Assembly (NCBI GenBank): GCA_046290225.1
Contig: JBKAGE010000038.1
Location: 64,001 to 128,000, forward strand
Source of the DNA: Bradymonadia bacterium
GTDB lineage: Bacteria; Myxococcota_A; Bradymonadia; UBA7976; UBA1532
DNA: 64,000 nt
Reading direction: 5' to 3'
Positions within the stretch are counted from its first letter, which is position 1. Each line of letters begins with the position of its first letter. Under the pieces are notes generated by a model, which was not told where the DNA came from, did not search any database, and saw only the letters and a program-made list of their open reading frames with translations. A program made the translations under genes and the position numbers. This document shows, one piece after another, positions 37,051-45,623 of the stretch.

Positions 37051-38364
37051 CTACTCTCCCACCCGCACACACACAGCAGCGCCCCAGAGCGGTGCGCCCG
37101 AGGCATCGACAGGTCGCAGCACGTGCACACGCTCTGCTGGATCGAAGAAGTCTTCGAGGGCGACGAGGCCAAAGACCGGCTGAGTGCCGTCGAGGGTCGC
37201 GAGGCCGCCCTCTCGAACCACCTGGGCTTCCTCACCGGACCGCCAGCGCCAGACTCCGAGGGCGCTCAGGCGGGCGTCGGTGCCCACCACCTGCAAACCG
37301 TCGCCCTGTCCGACGACGCCGCAGTAGAAGAGGCCAGGTACGAAAGGTTGCCCCTGCTCTGCAGCGGAGGGCGACCAGCCCAAATACAACGCGTTGATGC
37401 GCTCACCTGGTATACGCACCTGACCAGCAAGACCCACAGAGCCAGCCGTGGCCGAGAGCGCACGCTCTGTGCCATCTTCAGTGCCCGGCAGCTCTTCGTC
37501 ACCAGGCAGGAACCGCCACCGCCTCAGGGTGGCCTCGGGTACGCCCATGCTCACCGAAGGCAGTGGCTCTGCGGCACCGACGGCCTGACGCTCCCGCTCA
37601 GCCCAGCGCATCGCCTCCGGATCACCGAGCCACAGGCCGTGCTCCCCGGCGCCTTCCACCGAGAGACGCACGTACTCAGCGTAGTAGGGCAGCGGCACCT
37701 GTCTCGCGCCGGGGCTGAGGGCCTGGACCATCACCGCAAAAGTCGGTGTCATGTTGCCGGCCTCGGTGTCGTTCACCAGCACGGCGATGCGGTTGGTCGA
37801 CTCCACGGCGCCTCGAAGCACGCCTGACACAGGGAACGCATCGAGCTGCACCTGATCAGGCTGCTCGGGGTGAGGCACCAGTTGGGTTTCGGTGAACAGC
37901 GGCGTGCCGTCGAAGTCGTACACGCCCACCTCCCGGCCACCATCAGAGACCACCAGTACAGTCTCGAAGACCTGCGTGCTTCCGGTGGCGATCTCGCTGA
38001 TGCCGTAGATGTGCCACTGCCCTTCGAGAGCAGCGACCTCTACAGGCGGAAGCATCATGTCTGGGATCTCTGCATCGACGACGGCATCAGACATCCACAC
38101 ATCTGGCGCAGCGTCAGGGATGACAGCATCCCCAGCCTCTCCACCATCGTGTGTGGTGGCATCCGAGAGGGTGGCCATATCAACCATCATGGCGTCGAAG
38201 TCGGCGCCGGCATCCCCAGGGGGGGTGCCCATGTCGGCGGATGCTGCGTCGGCGCGCTCATCGGGGAGTTCGATGTCACCGATGAGGACCTGGCACCCCA
38301 TTATGGGGGTGCAGAGCACCGCGAGGCGGGTCACGAAACGGGCGAGTGAAGGCAGCGCGTTCAT
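37051..38364 (-). CDS. Hypothetical lipoprotein
   Basis: IMGC lipobox, D/A/M-rich linker; abuts nfeD with no gap. Confidence 0.7.
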   Translation of the reverse strand: MNALPSLARFVTRLAVLCTPIMGCQVLIGDIELPDERADAASADMGTPPGDAGADFDAMMVDMATLSDATTHDGGEAGDAVIPDAAPDVWMSDAVVDAEIPDMMLPPVEVAALEGQWHIYGISEIATGSTQVFETVLVVSDGGREVGVYDFDGTPLFTETQLVPHPEQPDQVQLDAFPVSGVLRGAVESTNRIAVLVNDTEAGNMTPTFAVMVQALSPGARQVPLPYYAEYVRLSVEGAGEHGLWLGDPEAMRWAERERQAVGAAEPLPSVSMGVPEATLRRWRFLPGDEELPGTEDGTERALSATAGSVGLAGQVRIPGERINALYLGWSPSAAEQGQPFVPGLFYCGVVGQGDGLQVVGTDARLSALGVWRWRSGEEAQVVREGGLATLDGTQPVFGLVALEDFFDPAERVHVLRPVDASGAPLWGAAVCVRVGE

Positions 38365-38464
38365 CGAGGGGAAGCTAACCCCTTCCCCCCCATCACCACA
38401 AGCGAAGCAGCCATGTTGAGGCGACGAGAACAGGTCCTCAGCATGAGGATCGCCGTACCTCGGC

Positions 38465-39322
38465 TCAGAGCGCGTCGATCAAGCGCGGGATGGCAGCCTG
38501 CAGAAGCTTGATGAAGTCGCTGCGGCTCCGAGCAGCCACCGCCTTCACGTCTTCGTGAGTCAAAGCCTCAGTGCTCAAACCCGCCGCAGCATTGGTGATG
38601 CACGAGATGCCTGCGCAGCGCATACCGGCGTGGTGCGCGGCGATGACCTCGTGCACCGTGGACATGCCCACAGCGTCGGCGCCGAGGGTGCGCAGCATAC
38701 GGACCTCTGCGGGGGTCTCGTACGACGGCCCCAATACCCCGGCGTACACCCCCATGCGCAGCAGCAGGCCCGCAGCGGCGGCGCCTCGCTGAATGCAGTC
38801 CCGGAGATCCCTCGGGTAGGTGGTGGACATATCGGGGAAACGCACTCCGATGCGGGCGTCATTGGGCCCCGTGAGCGGGTTTTGCCCAGTGAGGTTGATG
38901 TGATCGGTGATCACCATCAAATCACCGGGGCGCGCGTCAGGGTGGATGCCTCCCGATGCGTTGGTGATGAGCACCCCCTTCACCCCCCATGCAGCGAGGC
39001 TGCGCAGCGGGCGCACCACGGCAGAGGGGGTATGGCCTTCATAGAGGTGCACCCGGCCGGAGAGGACCGCCACCGGGCGATCGTCCACCCGGCCGAGGAC
39101 CAGCTCACCTGCATGGCCCGTGACGCTGGCTTCTGGGAAGCCGGGGATCTCGCCAAAGGGGATCACCCTGCGATCGTCGAGGGTGGCGCTGAAGGCGCCG
39201 AGTCCGCTGCCAAGCACAGCCACCAGCGCTGGGGCCTCGCCCTCCTGGCTCAATCGCTCCCGTGCCTGGTCGATCAGCTCATAATCATTTTGATTGTTGT
39301 CAGTCAAACCGCACCTGTTCAT
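38465..39322 (-). CDS. punA: Purine nucleoside phosphorylase (trimeric PunA/XapA type)
   Basis: VLGSGLG, GHAG, GRVHLYEG, TNASGG, GPSYET, GMSTVHE, ITNAAAG. Confidence 0.92.
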   Translation of the reverse strand: MNRCGLTDNNQNDYELIDQARERLSQEGEAPALVAVLGSGLGAFSATLDDRRVIPFGEIPGFPEASVTGHAGELVLGRVDDRPVAVLSGRVHLYEGHTPSAVVRPLRSLAAWGVKGVLITNASGGIHPDARPGDLMVITDHINLTGQNPLTGPNDARIGVRFPDMSTTYPRDLRDCIQRGAAAAGLLLRMGVYAGVLGPSYETPAEVRMLRTLGADAVGMSTVHEVIAAHHAGMRCAGISCITNAAAGLSTEALTHEDVKAVAARSRSDFIKLLQAAIPRLIDAL

Positions 39323-39373
39323 TCATCGCAAACCCCTCATCAAGACCAGCTTTTGGTGAAGCTGTCAACGAAT

Positions 39374-40861
39374 TCACTCAGAGGGCTTTTCAATCGACGA
39401 AGCCCAAGCATCTCCGGACGATGTCGCCCGTCCGTCTTCCTCGAGCTTGATCAGGTGGGCCTTCAGGGAGAGCTCGGCGATGGGCCACACCTCGGGCGCC
39501 ACGTCGCCGTACACTTGGGGCAATAGCTCGGCGAGGGGCGTCGGCGCGGGTGTGAGCGCCCGCATCACCAGGGCCTCGCGCATGAGGCGGTGCTCGATGT
39601 ATCCCGTAAGCTTGGCCTCCACGCCGCCGATCACCGGCCCATGGCTGGGCATCAAACAGGCGGGGGCAATGTCTCTGAGGCGACGCAAGCTCTCGAGGTA
39701 CAAGGCCATCGATCCGTCGCCGGGCTCCACCAGGATCGTGCCGACGCCCGCGACCATGTCGCCGCTCACCATGCACCGAGTGGCAGTGTCGAGGAAGCAC
39801 AGGTGCCCCGGCGCGTGACCGGGCGTGTGCAACACCTGCCAGTCCCCCGTATCGCAGGGCAACACGTCGCCTTCGTCGATGAGCACGTCCACGTCGAAGC
39901 CCACCCTGCTCGCCGTCTCGGGGTGCCCGTAAATGGGCACGCCCAAGGCCCGGGCGAGGTGAGCGGCCCCGCCGACGTGATCATTGTGGTGATGGGTGAG
40001 CACCATGCCCTTCACCTCTGCGCCCTCGGCCATCCGCGCCCGCAAGTGTGCCTCCAGAGCCGACCGGCCCTCTGGATAGGGCGATGCAGGATCGAAGACC
40101 CACAACGTACGCTCACCGCCGATGTACACATTGGTGTGGGTTGCCGGGGGCAGCGTCGGCGTCAACACAGGGAACAAGGTCACCCCTGGACGAATGCGGG
40201 CATATCTCGGTGCCTGCCCTCGGGCCTCTTCGATGGCTTCGAAGCGCGCCGGCGCGTTCAATGCCCCTTCACCCAAAGCCTCCAGCAACCACTGTGTGGA
40301 AGGGGCCAGCAGAACCTCTCCTACAGACCACGCCGCAAGCGCCTCTTGGGCGGTGATCCATGCACCATCTTGGAGCTCGGAATGATCAGGCCCGATCTTC
40401 ACGTACTCTGGTGCCTCCACTTCAGCAGCATAGAAGTAAGTCAGGAATGGCTTCACCACGTAATCGGGGGTACGCCACCGACCTGCTGGGATCAGTCCGG
40501 TCAAATCCAAGGTGATGTGCAGCGACTTGAGCGCGTTGGCGAAAGATGTACCTGCGGAGATGGCCTGCTCGAAGGCAACGCGTTCACTGGGGCTCAACTG
40601 CGCCCCCACCAGATATCCCACCTCTTCCCAGGTCTCTCGAATCGCCGCCACCTGGGCCTGACGCACCTCGGGATCGGCGTCGCCTCCTTGGGTGGGGACC
40701 TCGAGATCCTCAGGCTCTGCCCGGCCTCCAGGGAAACAATGATAGCCACTCAGAAAGCTGCTGTTGGGGTGCCGACGGGCCCAAAAGACGCGGGGTGTTC
40801 CATCCCGCGAATGATGGATCAAGAGAATGGAGCCGCTGAGGACGAGCGAGGGGTTGGCCAT
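39374..40861 (-). CDS. Nudix hydrolase fused to metallo-beta-lactamase (LACTB2-like) domain
   Basis: FPGGR..AAIRETWEEVG; TPTLPPATHTN, THHHNDHVGG, TPGHAPGH, GDMV, PSHG; C-terminal wHTH (AHLIKLEEDG). Confidence 0.88.
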   Translation of the reverse strand: MANPSLVLSGSILLIHHSRDGTPRVFWARRHPNSSFLSGYHCFPGGRAEPEDLEVPTQGGDADPEVRQAQVAAIRETWEEVGYLVGAQLSPSERVAFEQAISAGTSFANALKSLHITLDLTGLIPAGRWRTPDYVVKPFLTYFYAAEVEAPEYVKIGPDHSELQDGAWITAQEALAAWSVGEVLLAPSTQWLLEALGEGALNAPARFEAIEEARGQAPRYARIRPGVTLFPVLTPTLPPATHTNVYIGGERTLWVFDPASPYPEGRSALEAHLRARMAEGAEVKGMVLTHHHNDHVGGAAHLARALGVPIYGHPETASRVGFDVDVLIDEGDVLPCDTGDWQVLHTPGHAPGHLCFLDTATRCMVSGDMVAGVGTILVEPGDGSMALYLESLRRLRDIAPACLMPSHGPVIGGVEAKLTGYIEHRLMREALVMRALTPAPTPLAELLPQVYGDVAPEVWPIAELSLKAHLIKLEEDGRATSSGDAWASSIEKPSE

Positions 40862-41012
40862 GAAAACGACTGTGCTCCAGAGTGGTTAAGATGACTACAT
40901 TTAGGGATATGCAACCATGCTTCAGATGTGTAAAGATCTTCAACTGATCGCCGGGATCTCCCCCCGTTCGAAGGGCGCATCCCGTTGAAAATCATGACGA
41001 AAAGTTTGCCCT

Positions 41013-41021
41013 TTATCCACA
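41013..41021 (+). promoter_or_regulatory. Consensus DnaA box in an AT-richer divergent intergenic region
   Basis: TTATCCACA flanked by TGCCC..GGGCA. Confidence 0.35.
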
Positions 41022-41146
41022 GGGGCATACTCTCGGAGGTGGCTGGAATCCATAAGGAAGTTCCAACCCATTGAGACAACGCCGCTCTCTCCCGGGGTCA
41101 CGCTGACACCGGGTGGGCAGCCTCGACGCTCAACAGGGAGGCCCGT

Positions 41147-41740
41147 TTGCAATCCATCCAACACGACACGGTTCCTGGGCGGTTCGAAGCCCTGCTCTGG
41201 CAGGATGCTTCGGCGCCAGCGGTTCAACTTCGCGGTCCAGGGCGGATCCGCAGTTGGGTACGTGCGGCCATCGAGCACCGCGCGGCTCAGTACCTTGCAG
41301 CAGGTGTGCTCCCCGAGCAGCCCACCGCCATCGCCATCGGCCGCGGATCTGCAGTGGACACCCTCGCCCTCTGCTGGCTGGCCCTGGCCAATGGTCACCC
41401 GCTCACCGATCCTGCACGGGCCAACACCCAGCTCTCTGCTGGTGATCAAATCCTCGGCGGCGTCAAGCCGACCACCTACAGCATCAAGTCCCGGATTCAC
41501 CCCGAGACCATTGCGTTGATGTTGCCTGAGGGCCCCGTCACCCACGGCGAACTGATGGAGCGCTTGCAGGCCGAGCCTGACTGGCAACCCCTCAGCGCCA
41601 CGGTGAGTCAAGCGCTGCGCACATTGCTCACCGGCACCCCCTGGGTGATCCACGGCGCCCGCCGACCGGCCCTCGAGATCGCTGGCCGGGGCCCCTCCGC
41701 CAAGAACCCCGACGCCAAGGGCGTATCCACCGCAGCCTGA
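41147..41740 (+). CDS. Hypothetical protein
   Basis: TTG start after GGAGG; fills the gap between neighbours. Confidence 0.6.
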   Translation: MQSIQHDTVPGRFEALLWQDASAPAVQLRGPGRIRSWVRAAIEHRAAQYLAAGVLPEQPTAIAIGRGSAVDTLALCWLALANGHPLTDPARANTQLSAGDQILGGVKPTTYSIKSRIHPETIALMLPEGPVTHGELMERLQAEPDWQPLSATVSQALRTLLTGTPWVIHGARRPALEIAGRGPSAKNPDAKGVSTAA

Positions 41741-41766
41741 GCCCTCGATCCTCGGAGCCCACCCTC

Positions 41767-42171
41767 TTGGGCCCTCGTCTCAAATCCACCTTCTTCGTAT
41801 TCGTCTGCAGCGCGCCGGGCCTCCTGGCCTTGTGGGTGCTCATGCTGCCCCTCTGCGACGCCATTTTTCAGTGCGGATGTGACTGGGCCTGGTCCTGGAG
41901 CGAAGGGATCGCCCACTGCAACATTCACGATCCCTCCACACATGATTGCCCCTGGTGTTCTGGCGGTCCCTGGCGACAGTTGACGGTGCTGGGCAGCTTC
42001 TCGCTGTTGATCATGCTCACCGTCGCTTGGAGCCGTCGTGTGGTGCCAGGATGGGCGACTCCGCTGGTCGGTGTAGTGGCCGTGGCGCCGGCGAGCTTCC
42101 TCATCGGCCTCGTCACCTCACTGGTCACCGGCTACCCGTTCTTCGGGCGTCTGCTCTTCGGTGGGCCCTGA
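41767..42171 (+). CDS. Small membrane protein with Cys/His-rich loop
   Basis: Three hydrophobic segments; CDAIFQCGC..HCNIH..HDCPWC. Confidence 0.7.
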   Translation: MGPRLKSTFFVFVCSAPGLLALWVLMLPLCDAIFQCGCDWAWSWSEGIAHCNIHDPSTHDCPWCSGGPWRQLTVLGSFSLLIMLTVAWSRRVVPGWATPLVGVVAVAPASFLIGLVTSLVTGYPFFGRLLFGGP

Positions 42172-42175
42172 GCGC

Positions 42176-42919
42176 TCAGGCGGTGAGGGCGGCGGAGAAC
42201 AAAATCCCTGCAGCGACGGCGACGTTCAACGACTCGATCTGCCCTGTGCCCGGGATGGAGATCATCTGATCGCATTGGGCCTTCACGGCACGGGAGAGCC
42301 CCCTGCCCTCGTGACCCATCACCAGGCATACAGGCTTGGGCACGGCGGCGCCGGGCACCTTCATGGTGGCCCGAGCGTCGGCGCCGAAGATGCGCACCCC
42401 ATGATCTTTGATCTGCGCGAGGGCCCCAGGCAGATCGGTGGTGAGGGCGCAGGGCACCGTCTCTGCCCCACCTTGAGCGATCCTCAGCGCTGCGCTGGGC
42501 AGCGTCTTGCGCTCCGTCGCGTCGGCGATGAGCAGGCCACCGGCACCGAACCATGCGGCGCTCCGCAGGATGGCGCCGATGTTGTGGGGGTTGTCCACCC
42601 CGTCGAGGGCCATGATCACCCCGCTGGGCCCCATGGCCTGCACCAATGCCGGCAGATCCACGGGCTTCAGTGGCGTGGTCACCACCACCACACCTTCGTG
42701 ATGTTGGGTTCGGGCGATGCGGGCGAGCTCTTCGTCACCCACCTCTCGATATGGACGCCTTTGAGCGGCTGTGGCCTTGAGCAGCGCCCCCACGGCCTTG
42801 CGGCGCCCCTGAGTGTAGAACGCCCGCAGAATACTCTCGGGGCGATGCACAGCCACGGCGAGGGCGGCATTCACACCATAGACCACCTGCTCTCGGCCTC
42901 CTGAGCGACGATCAGACAT
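42176..42919 (-). CDS. TrmH/SpoU family RNA methyltransferase
   Basis: LDGVDNPHNIGAILRS, MGHEGRG, IPGTGQIESLNVAVAAG. Confidence 0.93.
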   Translation of the reverse strand: MSDRRSGGREQVVYGVNAALAVAVHRPESILRAFYTQGRRKAVGALLKATAAQRRPYREVGDEELARIARTQHHEGVVVVTTPLKPVDLPALVQAMGPSGVIMALDGVDNPHNIGAILRSAAWFGAGGLLIADATERKTLPSAALRIAQGGAETVPCALTTDLPGALAQIKDHGVRIFGADARATMKVPGAAVPKPVCLVMGHEGRGLSRAVKAQCDQMISIPGTGQIESLNVAVAAGILFSAALTA

Positions 42920-44417
42920 CGGCCCCCCCCTCGATGAAGGCCCGGAGATCTTCTCCGAGACGCGTGAGAGAGCCCGGATGCAGGTACATCATGTGTCCCG
43001 CGGGGTACCATGTGCGCTCGATCCGCTCTGCGGCCCCAGGGAGCATGGCCACCTGATCGAGGGTGTACTCCGAGGCGAAGAAGGGCGTCGCCAGATCGTA
43101 GAGCCCGTTCGCCGCCAGCAAGCGCAGATGCGGCTGAGCGGCCATGACCTCTACGAGGGCTCCGGTGAGGTTGATGCCGCCTGCATACCAGGCCTTGCCG
43201 TGGCTCCACCCCTCGTTCGCTTCGGGGCTGAAGATGTTGTACGGGTGGTCGTGGAGCACTTCGAGGGTGTGGCGCAGGTGATGATTCACCGCGGCGGTGA
43301 AAGGCCCCATGGGACCCTCGATGCTCGGATCCTGCTCGGTGCGGCTCAAAGCAGGGTCGATGAGCGGGGCGCGGTAGCGAGAGTCCATCCGACCCACCAC
43401 CTCGGCGTCCGACTCCAACAACAATGTCATGAAGCGAGCGTCGTCGATGCGCAGCCGGTGCCTGATCCAGGTCGAGGCCGGGACCCCGGTGTAGGCCTCC
43501 AGAGTGGCGGCGAGGGTCTCCCGCTCCATGGGCTCCATGGCGCCGCCACGCATGAGGGCGCTGGCGTAAGTGTCACGGGCGAAGCCCCTCACCTCTTCGA
43601 GGAAGGCTTCGAGACCCTCTTCGTCGGGGCCTCGGTCCAGCTTGCCGTGGTACCAGGCCGTGGCGGCGTAGGTGGGCAGGAACAACACGTTGGACAACAC
43701 CCGGCCCGGTTCGAAAGTGAAGGTGCCGAAGTCTACAGCGAGGCTGATCAGGATCACGCCGTTCAGGGGCAGGCCCTTGTCGTGCAGATTCTTCGCCAGA
43801 GCCGCAGCCCGAGTGGTGCCGTAGCTCTCACCGGCGATGTACCTTGGGCTGTTCCAGCGATGATGCGTGCTCAACCACCGCTCGATGAACTGCGCCACCG
43901 ACTCCGCGTCGGTCTCCACCGCGTGATACGCCTTGGCGTCGCCTTCTCCCACAGGACGGCTGAAGCCCGTGCTCATCGGATCGATGAAGACCAGATCAGT
44001 CACGGGCAGCAAACCATCAGGGTTGTCGACGATTTTGTAGGGTGGCGGCAGCGGCACTTCGGCATCGGGCACGTCGACGCGCTTGGGCCCCAGGGCCCCC
44101 ATGTGCAGCCACACCGCGGACGATCCGGGGCCGCCATTGAAGATGAACGTCACCGGTCGCGGCGCAGCAGGATCTTCTGGCTCCACCACATACGACACCG
44201 AGAAGATGGCCGCCTCCGGCGCATCGCTGTCGGTGGCGGACTCGCCCTTCGGCCGTTTGATGGGCCCCTTCAGATGGATCGTGCTCGCCGTAGCGGTGTA
44301 GGCCAGGGCGCTTTGACCAGGGCGCTGCATCCGATGCTCGGTGGTGACGCTGAAGACGGGGGGAATCGACTTCTTGGTCTCGGTGCTGTCGGCGCTGGAG
44401 TCGGCAGTCTTGCTCAT
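42912..44417 (-). CDS. Serine carboxypeptidase (peptidase S10)
   Basis: FNGGPGSS, FIDPMSTGFS, GESYG, GLYDLATP, AGHMMY; start MSKTADSS after GAGGTG. Confidence 0.92.
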   Translation of the reverse strand: MSKTADSSADSTETKKSIPPVFSVTTEHRMQRPGQSALAYTATASTIHLKGPIKRPKGESATDSDAPEAAIFSVSYVVEPEDPAAPRPVTFIFNGGPGSSAVWLHMGALGPKRVDVPDAEVPLPPPYKIVDNPDGLLPVTDLVFIDPMSTGFSRPVGEGDAKAYHAVETDAESVAQFIERWLSTHHRWNSPRYIAGESYGTTRAAALAKNLHDKGLPLNGVILISLAVDFGTFTFEPGRVLSNVLFLPTYAATAWYHGKLDRGPDEEGLEAFLEEVRGFARDTYASALMRGGAMEPMERETLAATLEAYTGVPASTWIRHRLRIDDARFMTLLLESDAEVVGRMDSRYRAPLIDPALSRTEQDPSIEGPMGPFTAAVNHHLRHTLEVLHDHPYNIFSPEANEGWSHGKAWYAGGINLTGALVEVMAAQPHLRLLAANGLYDLATPFFASEYTLDQVAMLPGAAERIERTWYPAGHMMYLHPGSLTRLGEDLRAFIEGGADV

Positions 44418-44566
44418 TGGGATCACCTCATGTGCGTGGAATTTTCGGGGAAGATGGCACGGGCCCCCCATCGAGGCAACGCTCATACTGCTCTGGTGCC
44501 TCTCCAAACCACCTCATCTTCAGGCCTTTTCGAAAATCCGCACCGCCCGTGTGACACCTCGGCCCG

Positions 44567-44743
44567 CGATGGTCTCAACACCATCGACCCCCGAGCTCGG
44601 TCGGTGAGGGGGTCCGCTCACCTCTCGGCGCGCCACTCCCAGCGCACCGGGAGGACAGGGGGCGCAGCTCACGCCCACCCTGCGCATACAGGGGGAGCCT
44701 CCTGATCTCGGGGCGGCCTGGTTCTCGCTTCCCAGGCCGCCCC
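44567..44743. other. Run of consecutive GC-rich hairpins (candidate structured RNA)
   Basis: About seven adjacent inverted repeats, including a perfect 12-bp stem GGGGCGGCCTGG/CCAGGCCGCCCC. Confidence 0.45.
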
Positions 44744-44818
44744 ACCCATCCTCTCTCAATGTATTTTCGAGATGGTGTTACCTTCTCTGGGCCTACCAAT
44801 GGCCACATGGGAGCGTTC

Positions 44819-45436
44819 ATGGATCTGCTCGATCTCTTCTCCACCCCGATCCTCGTGCAGCGACTCCCGGACATGGCACATCTCAATGTGAACTGCTTGA
44901 GCTGGATCAACGCTCGCCGAGCTGCCGATCCTGAGGGCATTCACAGGGCCAACGCGGGGGGAGGCTGGCACTCGACACCTGATCTCGCCCTGCGCCGTAC
45001 GGAGCCGTGCGGCCTGCTCCTCGATCACCTCGTAGCGGCGAGCCGGGAAGCCCTCGGCGCGCACTACCAGAGGATCACACCGGAGATGCCTCTCCTGGAG
45101 CTCGGCGTTCAGGCGTGGGCCATGGTCTTGGAGAAAGGGGGCTATGTGGTGCCCCACGATCATGTCGGGGGGCATTGGTCCGGGGTGTACTATGTCGACT
45201 CTGGAGACGCGGACTCAGGCGGTATGTTGAGCTTTCTGAGTCCGGTGACGGGTGCGCACAACGCGCCAGGGCTGCCGCCAGTGCCCACTGACTTCACCCT
45301 CACACCGGAGACGGGCATGCTCGTGCTCTTTCCGGCGTGGTTGAAGCACTGCGTGCACCCCTACCAGGGCGCTCGACCACGTGTTGCGGTGTCGTTCAAT
45401 CTCTCTCTCCGCACCCGACCACGCCCTGCGGGGTGA
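44819..45436 (+). CDS. Putative 2OG-Fe(II) oxygenase (TIGR02466-like)
   Basis: LFSTPI, NAGGGWHS, PHDH..WSGVYYV, LFPAWLKHCVHP, RVAVSFN. Confidence 0.85.
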   Translation: MDLLDLFSTPILVQRLPDMAHLNVNCLSWINARRAADPEGIHRANAGGGWHSTPDLALRRTEPCGLLLDHLVAASREALGAHYQRITPEMPLLELGVQAWAMVLEKGGYVVPHDHVGGHWSGVYYVDSGDADSGGMLSFLSPVTGAHNAPGLPPVPTDFTLTPETGMLVLFPAWLKHCVHPYQGARPRVAVSFNLSLRTRPRPAG

Positions 45437-45441
45437 TCTGA

Positions 45442-45480
45442 GTTCTCAAAACGTCTCACGCATTCAGAACGTTTTAGAAC
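45442..45480. promoter_or_regulatory. AT-rich imperfect inverted repeat (operator or terminator) upstream of the desaturase-rhodanese operon
   Basis: GTTCT(C)AAAACGT (45442-45454) vs ACGTTTTAGAAC (45469-45480). Confidence 0.4.
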
Positions 45481-45623
45481 ACCTTCTCCGCAATCGGTCC
45501 CCCTGACAAGCCCACGGCAGCCTCGACAGATGCCCAGGGGCCCTCTTTATCAAGCCGCCGTCAAACCAGACATGGAACTTGCACAGAGAGCGATGAGATC
45601 ATCTCCTCCTCGGTGAAGTCCCC

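Noticed and set aside
40862..41146. Replication origin
   Set aside because: Only one DnaA box and no dnaA, dnaN or gidA context
45569..45583. Sigma-54 promoter for the sulfur operon
   Set aside because: TTGC is present but the -24 position reads GA, not GG
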